From assembly GCA_963748215.1 (NCBI GenBank), contig CAVVHS010000006.1, forward strand, positions 256,001 to 320,000: 64,000 nucleotides of DNA. The letters are read 5' to 3'. The notes below the pieces were generated by a model. That model had not been told where the DNA came from and did no database searches. It was given only the letters and a program-made list of their open reading frames with translations. Below are positions 44,785 to 54,500 of the stretch, in pieces. Position numbers and translations under genes: made by a program. Source of the DNA: an uncultured Gammaproteobacteria bacterium. GTDB lineage: Bacteria; Pseudomonadota; Gammaproteobacteria; UBA9214. Position 1 is the stretch's first letter. Every line of letters starts with the position of its first letter.

Positions 44785-46201
44785 TTATTCCCTGTGCTGC
44801 CCCGGTTTCAGTTCATTCCACATCCAGCGGCTGTCATAGGGAGTTTGTCCCTGACTTGCGGCGCGACGCAGTTCGTTGTTCTCCAGGTGTTTCAGCCACT
44901 CGAAGACCTGTTCACGGCCCTTTTTGCTGCGGGCGCATTGCCGCGGGTCTTGTCGCCAAGCGCAGGAACCGGTTCATCCAGTACCCAGCGGTAGTGTTGG
45001 TCCAGGGTGTGCTGGATGATTTCGGCAGCGATCTCGGGGGCGATGCTGTCAGCCGGTTCCCGTTGATCAGTGTCCTGTCGTTCCGTGTCACGTTCCTCCA
45101 GCAATTGCTCGGGCGTCTGCAGCGAAATCAGGGCCGGGCCGATGAGACCCTGCAGGAGTGACTCCAGCACAGCCTGTCCGCGCTGTGCCCGTTCTGAGGA
45201 GTTGGTGACAAGCTTCAGGACTCCGGGTGTCAATTCCAGTATGCCGCTGAGCGGGAGCTGGCCGTTTCTCAGAGATTCTATGGCCATGCGGTTGCGTGGC
45301 TTGCCGGGTGCAATATCTGTCTCCGGCAGCCAGCTCCAGGTATGCCCATCCGGGCTGTCGCGTTCCCAGTCGGCTGCATCATCGAGTCGACGTGCTATTT
45401 CATCAAGGTGTTCGGCAAGAAACGGAAAGCGGGTCTCGCAAAATACCAGCGCCTCGCCGTCGCGGTTGACCAGTTCCGGTAGCGGTTGCTGCAGGCGTTC
45501 CGGGGTATCCATGACCCAGATGCCGGTGAAGGCAGGGCAGGCATCCTGCAGAAAGCGTTTCTCCAGATCTTCCTGTGATAACATCTGCTCCACGGTTTCC
45601 TTGTCAGCCAGTCGTGCGAGCTTTTTATCGAATCGTTTGCGTGAGTCTGCCAGCACCTTGAGCAGTTTCCGTGAGGCTTCCCGGGGATACGGCAGGATGC
45701 TGCCGGAAAAACCAGTCTTGTCATTCACGCTCAGTATGCGGGCCGCGATGTGGTCCCATCTGGTCATGCCTTGGGTGCCCATGTGTTCATGGACACGGAT
45801 CGTTGCGCCACCACGGACCTGGTCGCGCAGATCGCAGTGCTGGCCAGGAGAGACTTCGACTACTTCATAGAGGGAAAGTACGGAATCGCACAGTTGTTGC
45901 AGGTAACGGCGACCGGGAACGCTCTCACGCCAACCGCGGCGCTGCAGATAGTCATCGATGAGGTTACGTTCAACCGGTAGACGACGGCTGATAAAGTCCT
46001 CGAATATCACACCAAACAGCATGCCCCCGAAGCCGTGTTCCTCCAACTCCTGAATGAGCACTTCCTGTGTGATGTCAGTGCGATCGCACACGGAGCGAGA
46101 TGGGCGTCGAACACAGCTGCCTGTTCCTCTGACCACTCAGGCCGCTTCGCCCAGTTCATGATATTGCGGATGGCCTTGTCAGTTTCGCTGCGCTTTCCCA
46201 T
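44785..46201 (-). CDS. Conserved hypothetical protein with MbcA/ParS-like C-terminal motif (frameshifts ~46090 and ~44945)
   Basis: Reconstructed MGKRSE...SLYEVVEV.PG...WVLDEPVPALGDKT...EWLKHLEN...PYDSRWMWNEL; TAA at 44785. Confidence 0.6.
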
Positions 46202-46498
46202 GCACGGTATTCTATGCATGGAAGAATGGAGTGGACAGGGCGAGTGTACGTTGTAGATGCGATCGATTTCGGACCTTTAAATACGGCACATATAATCATG
46301 GACTTAAGGGCGGGAGTCGACCTTAAGTTGCCGTTTAGTCGATGGTTATATAAACAGTGCCTTAAAGAGAAAGAACAACCCAATGTGACATGCTTGACAT
46401 GCCCAGCGGGGTTATTTCTGGCTAACATTACTCAATCACTACCCGGTAATCCAGCCAGAAAGACCCGCTCACAATGAAGAGATGAGGTGAATTAAGAC

Positions 46499-48946
46499 AT
46501 GGATTGGATCAAGGAGAAAATGTATCAGGACCGGCTCCGACGCGAGAGAATACCTCAGCACGGGCAGGCTGTTGTACCAGTTCATCCTCAGGAGGCGAAT
46601 TCGAAGGTGGCTCGCGGTCGATGTTCTCAGTTTCTATCCACTAACCAGAAGCTAGCCTGGCTGATGCTTGGTGTGGTTTCCGGTGCAATGTTCGTCATCG
46701 TGGTTTGGTGGTCTGAATCGAACGACTTGGGAGTTGGTGCAGGAATCAAGGGGATGTTAAGTAGTTTGACGGAGCATCGACTGTCTGGCGAGCTACCGGC
46801 ACAACCTTTCACGACAGAAGAAACCAGAGGGGATCTCAAACAGGGTGCCATATCCCGGCTAGAAGTACTGCCGCCCACGGCAGCTGGTATGGGGGACGTC
46901 GGTACTTCGGCGGGCAAGGATATAGACAAGTCCATGAATACTACGAACAGTACACTCCTTGCAAAATCAGACAACCTTCCTGTTACTGCCGAAGTTCAGC
47001 CACATGAAACAATAAGTGATACTGGCCCAGCAATGAGTGAAGTGCCATCCGCGGATGACACCATAATGCGCGTGCAGAAATTGGCTGAGTCCGGAGATGC
47101 CAAGGCACAAAACATCCTCGGAATGATGTACGCCACCGGCAATGGCGTGCCGAAGAATGCTGCCAAGGCAGCAGAGTGGTATCTGAAGGCGGCGGCGCAG
47201 GGAGATGCCAAGGCACAGTACAACCTCGGAATAATGTATGCCATCGGCGATGGTGTGCCGATTGACCCTGGTAAAGCCATGGATTGGCTTCAGAAGGCGG
47301 CCGAGCAGGGAGATGTCAGCGCACAATTTAAACTCGGCGTGATGTACAGAAGCGGCGAAGGCGTGCCGAAGGATGCTGCCAAGGCAGCCGAGTGGTTCAA
47401 GAAGGCGGCGGCGCAGGGAAGTGTCAATGCACAAACCATTCTAGGAATAATGTATGCCACCGGCGAAGGCCTGCCGAAGGATAGCGCCAAGGCAGCAGAG
47501 TGGGATCAGAAGTCGGCGGCGCAGGGAGATGCCAAGGTACAGAACAACCTCGGGGTGATGTATGCCACTGGCGATGGTGTACCGATGGACCCTGGTAAAG
47601 CCATGGATTGGCTTCAGAAGGCGGCCGAGCAGGGAGATGCCAGCGCACAATTCAACCTAGGCGTGATGTACAGAAGCGGCGACGGTGTGCCGAAGGATGC
47701 TGCCAAGGCAGCCGAGTGGTTCAAGAAGTCGGCGGCGCAGGGAGATGCCAGCGCACAATTCAACCTAGGAGCGATGTACGCCACCGGCGAAGGCGTGCCG
47801 AAGGATGCTGCCAAGGCAGCAGAGTGGTATCAGAAGTCGGCGGCGCAGGGAGATGCCAGCGCACAATTCAACCTAGGAGCGATGTACGCCACCGGCGAAG
47901 GCGTGCCGAAGGATGCCGCCAAGGCAGCAGAGTGGTATCAGAAGTCGGCGGCGCAGGGAAATACCAAGGCACAGAACAACCTCGGGGTGATGTATGCCAC
48001 TGTCGATGGTGTACCGATGGACCCTGGTAAAGCCATGGAATGGCTTCAGAAGGCGGCGGAGCAGGGAGATGCCAGTGCACAATTTAAACTCGGCGTGATG
48101 TACAGAAGCGGCGACGGTGTGCCGAAGGATGCTGCCAAGGCAGCCGAGTGGTTCAAGAAGGCGGCGGCGCAGGGAAATGTCAATGCACAATTCAACCTCT
48201 GGGTGATGCATAGAGCCGGCGAAGGCGTGCCGAAGGATGCCGCTGAAGCCATGGAATGGCTTCAGAAGGCAGCGGCACAGGGACATGCCAATGCACAATT
48301 CAACCTCGGGGAGATGTATGCCACTGGTGATGGTGTGCCGATGGACCCTGGTAAAGCCATGGAATGGCTTCAGAAGGCAGCGGCGCGGGGAGATGCCAAG
48401 GCACAGAACAACCTCGGAATAATGTATGCCACTGGCGATGGTGTGCCGATGGACCCTGCTAATGCCATGAAATGGCTTCAGCAGTCGGCGATGCAGGGAT
48501 ATTCAAACGCACAATTCAACCTAGGCGTGATGTACGCCACAGGCGAAGGCGTGCCGAAGAATGCTGCAAAGGCAATAGAGTGGTATCAGAAGTCGGCGGA
48601 GCAGGGAGATGTCAGCGCACAATTTAAACTCGGAGTGATGTACAGAAGCGGCGAAGGAATGCCGAAGAATGCCGTCAAGGCAGCAGAGTGGTTCAAGAAG
48701 GCGGCGGCGCAAGGAGATGCCGATGCACAATTCAACCTCGGGGTGATGTACAACACGGGCGAAGGCGTGTCGAAGGATTTGATATTAGCTTATGCATGGT
48801 TGACTCTGGCTGCGGCACAGGATGTTAAGAATGCATCAAAAACACGTGACATGCTCGAATTGAATTCAGTCCAGCGTATAGAGGCGGAGCGTATGTCATC
48901 TAATTGGACTACTGGGCAAGTGCTACAGCGGGATGGCGTGCCATAA
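46499..48946 (+). CDS. Membrane-anchored Sel1-like repeat protein (16 repeats)
   Basis: N-terminal TM, then 16 x 36-aa units AQxxLGxMYxxGxGVPxDxxKAxxWxxKxAxQG. Confidence 0.92.
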   Translation: MDWIKEKMYQDRLRRERIPQHGQAVVPVHPQEANSKVARGRCSQFLSTNQKLAWLMLGVVSGAMFVIVVWWSESNDLGVGAGIKGMLSSLTEHRLSGELPAQPFTTEETRGDLKQGAISRLEVLPPTAAGMGDVGTSAGKDIDKSMNTTNSTLLAKSDNLPVTAEVQPHETISDTGPAMSEVPSADDTIMRVQKLAESGDAKAQNILGMMYATGNGVPKNAAKAAEWYLKAAAQGDAKAQYNLGIMYAIGDGVPIDPGKAMDWLQKAAEQGDVSAQFKLGVMYRSGEGVPKDAAKAAEWFKKAAAQGSVNAQTILGIMYATGEGLPKDSAKAAEWDQKSAAQGDAKVQNNLGVMYATGDGVPMDPGKAMDWLQKAAEQGDASAQFNLGVMYRSGDGVPKDAAKAAEWFKKSAAQGDASAQFNLGAMYATGEGVPKDAAKAAEWYQKSAAQGDASAQFNLGAMYATGEGVPKDAAKAAEWYQKSAAQGNTKAQNNLGVMYATVDGVPMDPGKAMEWLQKAAEQGDASAQFKLGVMYRSGDGVPKDAAKAAEWFKKAAAQGNVNAQFNLWVMHRAGEGVPKDAAEAMEWLQKAAAQGHANAQFNLGEMYATGDGVPMDPGKAMEWLQKAAARGDAKAQNNLGIMYATGDGVPMDPANAMKWLQQSAMQGYSNAQFNLGVMYATGEGVPKNAAKAIEWYQKSAEQGDVSAQFKLGVMYRSGEGMPKNAVKAAEWFKKAAAQGDADAQFNLGVMYNTGEGVSKDLILAYAWLTLAAAQDVKNASKTRDMLELNSVQRIEAERMSSNWTTGQVLQRDGVP

Positions 48947-49138
48947 GCGAACACTAACACCTTGTGGATGGCGAATTCCTATTCGTCTCGAGATTCCGGC
49001 TTAAACTGGACACGGGGTGTTTACGATTTTTCAACAGTGAACTTTGAAGTGTTCCACTGAGCGTCTAAAATATTTACTCGAAACCAGCCAAAACGACGGC
49101 TTGTTGACCTAAAATCGCGCTAATTCAGACGCGGCAAA

Positions 49139-49909
49139 GGATTTTACCCCGACTTCACGGACACATTCATATAGGCTGATAATGTGCCTGGAGGTGTGTC
49201 ATGTCAAAGCGCAGGAACAAGATGGAGCCATGGCATTCCTGGGCCTGGGTAAGGCGCGGGACGAAGAGATGGCACAGCTCAAGTTCGAGCTGGCACGGGT
49301 AAAAAAGGAACGGGATTTTTTTGCAAGAAGCGGCAGTGTTCTTCGCGAAAGCGTCGAAATGAGATACCGAATGATCCAACGTTGTCGCGATGCCTTTCAC
49401 GATTCGGTTGATGTGTCGCTGCTTGAAGGTCTCACCGGGTGGCTTCGGGCTGGCGAGATCGACCGCTGAGTGCCAGGGCCAAAGACAATCAGCGCCTGCT
49501 GGGTCGTATCCGTTCGTTGCATACAGACAGTGACGGTGTGCTGGGCAGCCCGCGTATCTGGGATGACCTGGTGGCAACGCGAAGATCGCGCACCGGTCAT
49601 CTTGCACTCGTGTCGCGGTTGTCAGTTCACCAGGGGCGAGTATCAGCGCTTCCTGAAAGGCCATAACCTGGTCTGCAGCATGAGTGCCGTGGGCAGTTGC
49701 GCTATCAATGCGGCCATAGAAGGGTTCTTTGGCATGTTGAAACGGGAGCGCGTTAACCGCCGGATTTACCGAACACGGGCCGAGGCCAGGGCTGATGTCT
49801 TTGACTACATCGAACGTTTCCACAACCCGAGAAGGAGGCGGAGACTTGAAACGGTTAAACAGAAGGAATTACTCTTAACTCAACCGTCCATGGAAACGGG
49901 GTAAAACCC
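49139..49909 (+). mobile_element. Internally deleted IS3-family element (transposase pseudogene)
   Basis: IRs GGATTTTACCCCGACTTCACGGAC / GTCCATGGAAACGGGGTAAAACCC; OrfA tail ELARVKKERDF; OrfB bits GSPRIW, SMSAVGSC..NAAIEGFFGMLKRE, YIERFHNPRR. Confidence 0.85.
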
Positions 49910-50375
49910 GAGCCACCGAGGAGGCATCAAGGTTTCATCGTGCGACCTTGATACTAAACCGGGGCTGTCGGCGATCCGACCGAGGGAAACCGGGAATTGT
50001 CGGGGGAGGGTGCGATCTGATAAAAAACGGCGCCACGGAGAGAGACGCCGTAATTCCATCTGTTGGCACATTGGGGGAAAGACTGCGCCAACGCTTGTCA
50101 TGGACAGGTATACGGTACTCGGTTGCCGGATCGCGACTCCATAGGCAGCAGGTCAGTGGAGGGTAAAATTAAGTGATCGTTCTGGCCATCCTGCGGGGTG
50201 GCTTTGCTCGCCCTGGATGCGATCTGGCATATCGGGAGAGGGTGCAATCCTTCCTTGTTTAAGGCAGAAAACACTGTTCCGTTAACAGGATGAAAATGCC
50301 GGAAATGAATATCCGTACTAGTACCCGTACAACCTTGAAAACTTGTAGTTATACTGCGTAAGCCATTGAAAAATA

Positions 50376-50450
50376 TGGTGGGCGATACTGGGATTGAACC
50401 AGTGACCCCTGCCGTGTGAAGGCAGTGCTCTCCCGCTGAGCTAATCGCCC
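50376..50450 (-). tRNA. tRNA-Val(CAC)
   Basis: GGGCGATTAGCTCAGCGGGAGAGCA-CTGCC-TTCACAC-GGCAG-GGGTCACTGGTTCAATCCCAGTATCGCCCACCA cloverleaf. Confidence 0.97.
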
Positions 50451-50609
50451 GTATCAATGCGAGCCAATAGGGTATTGGTTTAGTCAGGCTCGGTCAATCA
50501 TCGGCAGGCTCAGGCAGCATCCGGCTTGCGCAGCCGGCCGCTCTCGCGTCCCAATTTGCGCAGACTTTCCTGTAACATGCGGGCGACAGTAATCCTGCTT
50601 CCGAATGCC

Positions 50610-51332
50610 ATGCGCCACAGCCAGTTGACAACAGAAACGCGCAGCGATGCACGCCAGTGCCTGCGACGCTGCGTGCTGTTCTCAAAGCTGCCCGATGCGC
50701 AGTTCGAGCGCATCCTGGAGCATACCCGCGCAGTAGCGCTCGACGAGGGCGATGTGCTGTTCGAGCAGCACCAGCCGGCGAAGGAGGTCTTCCTGTTGCG
50801 CAGCGGACAGGTGAAACTTGCGCTGGTGTCTCCCGAGGGCCATGAGAAGGTCATCGACCTGATCTCGCCCGGCGGTACGTTTGCCGAGGCCATCATGTTT
50901 TCCGGTACCCGTGTCTACCCGGTCACGGCCACGGCGCTGGTCAGCAGCAGCGTCTGGGGGGTCAACGCGGGGACCTACGAGGACATCCTGCGGGTATCGA
51001 CCGATGCCTGTTTCGCGGTGCTGGCACAGATGAGCCGGCGCCTGCACTGGCAGATCGCCGAGATCGACCGCCTGACCCTGCACAATGCCGCCTTCCGGGT
51101 GATCGCCTATCTGCTGGACCAGGTGCCCAGCACCGACCTGGACGCCAGCGTGATCCACCTGGATACGCCCAAGCATGTCATTGCCTCGCGCCTGTCCATC
51201 ACGCCGGAGACCCTGTCGCGTACCTTCGCCAGGCTGGGCCGGGACGGTTACCTGCAGATCGAGGACAACTCGGTGCGCATCCAGGACATCGAGAAACTGC
51301 GTACCTACATACGCAACGGCGGTGTCGTCTAG
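50610..51332 (+). CDS. Crp/Fnr regulator, Dnr/NnrR type
   Basis: GHEKVI, TFAEAIMF, HTH ITPETLSR; no FNR 4-Cys cluster; start uncertain. Confidence 0.85.
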   Translation: MRHSQLTTETRSDARQCLRRCVLFSKLPDAQFERILEHTRAVALDEGDVLFEQHQPAKEVFLLRSGQVKLALVSPEGHEKVIDLISPGGTFAEAIMFSGTRVYPVTATALVSSSVWGVNAGTYEDILRVSTDACFAVLAQMSRRLHWQIAEIDRLTLHNAAFRVIAYLLDQVPSTDLDASVIHLDTPKHVIASRLSITPETLSRTFARLGRDGYLQIEDNSVRIQDIEKLRTYIRNGGVV

Positions 51333-51447
51333 GGCATCTCTGATTAATTCGTCATGCCGGCGAAGGCCGGCATCCAGGTCATTGAAAACAGTGGATCCCG
51401 GCATGCGCCGGGATGACGATGAGTGAAATAAATCAGAGGTTCCCTAG
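51329..51447. mobile_element. MITE of the same TIR family as 2959-3131, CTAG flanks
   Basis: CTAG-GGCATCTCTGATTAATT ... AATAAATCAGAGGTTCC-CTAG; internal GTCATGCCGGCGAAGGCCGGCATCCA / TGGATCCCGGCATGCGCCGGGATGAC. Confidence 0.8.
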
Positions 51448-51547
51448 ATGAGAATGATTACGAGAGTAATGAACCGGAAGTTGGCGATCTGTATTTAAAG
51501 TGTTTCGCTGACGACCACCACACAGTCGCCAGCATCACATCGCCAGG

Positions 51548-52522
51548 TTATGAGGATGTCCGGCTTCTGGTGGGCGTGACCAGATGGTTGAGATTGACCA
51601 GGGACAGTAAGAGCATTGCACCGATGCCGTTGTGAGCTGTCACCAGGAGCAGGGGCAGTTCGGCGAGTACTGCTGAAATACCCAATGCCGCCTGTAAAAC
51701 CAGAAAGCCGAGTATGCTCACAGCCGTGTTGCGCAGGCGGTCCTGTTTCCAGGCCCGGATGGCCAGCCATCCAAGGTACAGAAGAGTCAACATGGCGCCA
51801 AACCGGTGTGCCATGTGTACGGTTCTCTGTAAGCTGCCGGTAACAATCCTGCCCTGCTCATCGACGTCAAGCCTGTCGAACAGGTTGAATCCCTGCATGA
51901 GGTTGGTGAAAGACGCCCAGTCGCCGTTGCAGCCGGGCAGCACCGAGCAGGACGGTCCGGCAAAATCGGCACTGACCACGGCACCCAGGGCAATCTGTCC
52001 GGCCACGACCAGCAGGCCCAGTCGTGCCCAGGGTCTTAGGGTCGATGCTGCGTCGTCAGCGGTGTCTATGGTTTCCACCGAACGCTGGCCAATCCACCAC
52101 AGCAGAGCGAGCATCGTCATGCCGCCGAAAAGGTTGCCGAACGTGACGGCGGGTATGTCCGGTGACGGTGTGCTGTAACCCAGTACCGACAGAAACACAG
52201 TCAGGGCAAAGACTGACAGTGGCGCGACAAGGCCAACACCGGTCGGGCGACGTCCACGCAGGGCCAGGAGCGTGATAGCCAGAATAATCACGCCCAGCAG
52301 GCTGGCCGTGAACCGGTGAACCGCACCTGCCGTGGTGCGAGGTACCAGTCCATGATCCCGGGTCGCGGGCAGCTGTCCGAAACAGCCCGGCCAGTCTTCG
52401 CAACCGAGGCCAATGCTTTCAAGACGCAGGTAGGCGCTCAACAGGACAGCCGCCAGTGTCAGTACCAGTGCCACAAACACAAGCAAGGTGAAAAGGCTGC
52501 CGGATGGTGTCCTGTCATTCAT
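51548..52522 (-). CDS. COX15/CtaA heme A synthase family protein (variant)
   Basis: GLGCEDWPGC, VHRF, HMAHR, TAHN, eight TM segments. Confidence 0.82.
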   Translation of the reverse strand: MNDRTPSGSLFTLLVFVALVLTLAAVLLSAYLRLESIGLGCEDWPGCFGQLPATRDHGLVPRTTAGAVHRFTASLLGVIILAITLLALRGRRPTGVGLVAPLSVFALTVFLSVLGYSTPSPDIPAVTFGNLFGGMTMLALLWWIGQRSVETIDTADDAASTLRPWARLGLLVVAGQIALGAVVSADFAGPSCSVLPGCNGDWASFTNLMQGFNLFDRLDVDEQGRIVTGSLQRTVHMAHRFGAMLTLLYLGWLAIRAWKQDRLRNTAVSILGFLVLQAALGISAVLAELPLLLVTAHNGIGAMLLLSLVNLNHLVTPTRSRTSS

Positions 52523-52715
52523 GGGCCGGGCTTCGTCGCTGTGGGAGTGCCGCAATTAAAAGGGGCTGCGGGCACGAGATGCCAGTTATTACACTGGCTG
52601 GATGAAATTGTCAAAAAGCAGGCTGGTAGTTTTATTTTCCAATCGTTATAGTCTCTTATAGCGCGAAAGGCAGTGTTTTTTCACCTGTCGGTTTTCCTTC
52701 GATTGGGTAGTCAAT

Positions 52716-54095
52716 GTGGTGATGCATGAAGAATACGTTCTAGACGTACCGGCTGGCAACCGTCGTCAGCTGGGCAAAGGCTGGCTGTGGCTGGGGATAA
52801 TGGCGTTGCTGGGTTCGGGTCTGTTTTCCCTGCTGCTGGTGCTGTCACGTACACCCTACATTCAGGACAGCATTCCATGGATTGATTTTTTCCATACGGC
52901 ACTGGTTGTCCACGTGGACCTGTCGGTGCTGGTGTGGTTTCTGGCGTTTGGCGGCGTACTGTGGACCCTGAATTCCACCCCGCGTTTCCTGTTTCTCGGC
53001 TGGGCAGCGCTGCTGCTGGCCGGACTGGGCGCCGCGCTCATGATCGTGGTGCCGTTCCTCGGTCCGGGTAATCCGCTGATGAGCAATTATATCCCGGTGT
53101 TGCAGACCCCGCTCTTTAGCGTGGCATTGCTGGGGTTTGGCTTCGGAATAACCTTGCTGGTCTTGCGTGGCATGATCGCCAACCCGCTGGTTGGTTTGCG
53201 CATGGAAGGCGCGGGCGCATTACGCTTCGGTTTGAATACCGCTGCCGTGTCGGCCGTTATGGCGGTGTTCGCCTTTACCTGGTCGTATCTGGCGATACCC
53301 GACACTATCACGGGTAACTCCTATTTCGAGCTGCTGTTCTGGGGTGGCGGCCATATGCTGCAATTCACCTACACCCTGCTTATGCTGGTGGCCTGGCTCT
53401 GGCTGGCATCCGCCTCCGGCGTGCACCTGCCGCTGAGTCCCCGGGTGGTATTGGTTTTGTTTGTGTTCGGGCTGGTGGCCGTGTTTATGGCGCCGCTGAT
53501 TTACTATGCCCATCCGGTTCTCTCGGCTGAACATATCAAGCTGTTTACCTGGCTCATGGCCTATGGTGGCAGCCTGGCGCCCGTGCCACTGGGGCTGGCG
53601 GTCTTTTACGGCCTGTTGCGCAGCGCCTCCGCATCCGCATTGCAGCTTCCCTTGCGCTCGGCCCTGTGGTGCTCGATGATCCTGTTCGGAATCGGCGGTG
53701 GTATCGGTTTTATGATCCAGGACAGCAATGTCACCATCCCCGCGCACTATCATGGCTCCATCGTGGGCGTCACACTGGCCTTCATGGGTTTGACATATCA
53801 TCTCTTGCCGCGCCTGGGATACGCCAGGCCGAACATGAGGTGGGCCGCCCTGCAGCCTTACGTGTATGGCGGCGGCCAGCTGTTGCATGTTCTGGGGTTG
53901 GCGTGGTCGGGCGGCTACGGCGTGCAGCGGAAAGTGGCAGGTACGGAGCAGGGTCTTGATGGCCTGGAAAAGATTATAGCGATGGGGTTGATGGGCTTCG
54001 GCGGGCTGGTTGCCATCATCGGCGGTCTTGTTTTCCTGGTGGTGGTACTGGCTGCCATGACCAGGAGTCCACAGCCACAGCAGGGCGCGACTTGA
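52716..54095 (+). CDS. Heme-copper oxidase subunit I-like protein with incomplete CuB site
   Basis: LVVHVD, FWGGGHMLQF, IPAHYHG, GVQRK; ~12 TM; no HH pair. Confidence 0.8.
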   Translation: MVMHEEYVLDVPAGNRRQLGKGWLWLGIMALLGSGLFSLLLVLSRTPYIQDSIPWIDFFHTALVVHVDLSVLVWFLAFGGVLWTLNSTPRFLFLGWAALLLAGLGAALMIVVPFLGPGNPLMSNYIPVLQTPLFSVALLGFGFGITLLVLRGMIANPLVGLRMEGAGALRFGLNTAAVSAVMAVFAFTWSYLAIPDTITGNSYFELLFWGGGHMLQFTYTLLMLVAWLWLASASGVHLPLSPRVVLVLFVFGLVAVFMAPLIYYAHPVLSAEHIKLFTWLMAYGGSLAPVPLGLAVFYGLLRSASASALQLPLRSALWCSMILFGIGGGIGFMIQDSNVTIPAHYHGSIVGVTLAFMGLTYHLLPRLGYARPNMRWAALQPYVYGGGQLLHVLGLAWSGGYGVQRKVAGTEQGLDGLEKIIAMGLMGFGGLVAIIGGLVFLVVVLAAMTRSPQPQQGAT

Positions 54096-54487
54096 TGCGT
54101 CCAGGGGTAAATGGGGCATCAAGGAATCTGCCGGGTAGCGGGCGGGCAGGGTTTGCCGCGCTCGCACTGCCGCTTGTCTTCATACTGGCCGGAGTGCCAC
54201 CGAGCGAAGCGAATCTCCCGGGCCCGCAAACATCACCAGCCCTGCGCAGCTCACCAACGGTGACTGAAGCCGGCGCGAATATCACTGGCGCTGTGGCAGG
54301 GGTGACCGCGCCTGCCGCCGGCGCTTCGGTAACGAAGTTTCCCGATCCGGTGGCGGAACAAACGCCAGTCGATGACGAACGCAAGGATTTGACGGTGTTC
54401 TTTTCCATCGGTGCGATTCTTGACGTGCTGCTGGTGGCGGCCTTCCTGATCTGGGCCGTCGGGCAGTGGCGCAAGGCGAATAAATAG
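54092..54487 (+). CDS. Hypothetical membrane protein
   Basis: Start overlaps upstream stop; N- and C-terminal hydrophobic segments. Confidence 0.55.
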   Translation: MMRPGVNGASRNLPGSGRAGFAALALPLVFILAGVPPSEANLPGPQTSPALRSSPTVTEAGANITGAVAGVTAPAAGASVTKFPDPVAEQTPVDDERKDLTVFFSIGAILDVLLVAAFLIWAVGQWRKANK

Positions 54488-54500
54488 GAGCTTGAGACCG

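Larger units (their letters stand above)
44458..50450. mobile_element. Defective genomic island integrated at tRNA-Val(CAC)
   Basis: Direct repeat of the tRNA 3' end at both ends, accessory cargo, IS remnant, no integrase. Confidence 0.75.

Noticed and set aside
47080-48830. Regular repeats as a CRISPR array
   Set aside because: They are 108-bp in-frame coding Sel1 units with no unique spacers and no cas genes.
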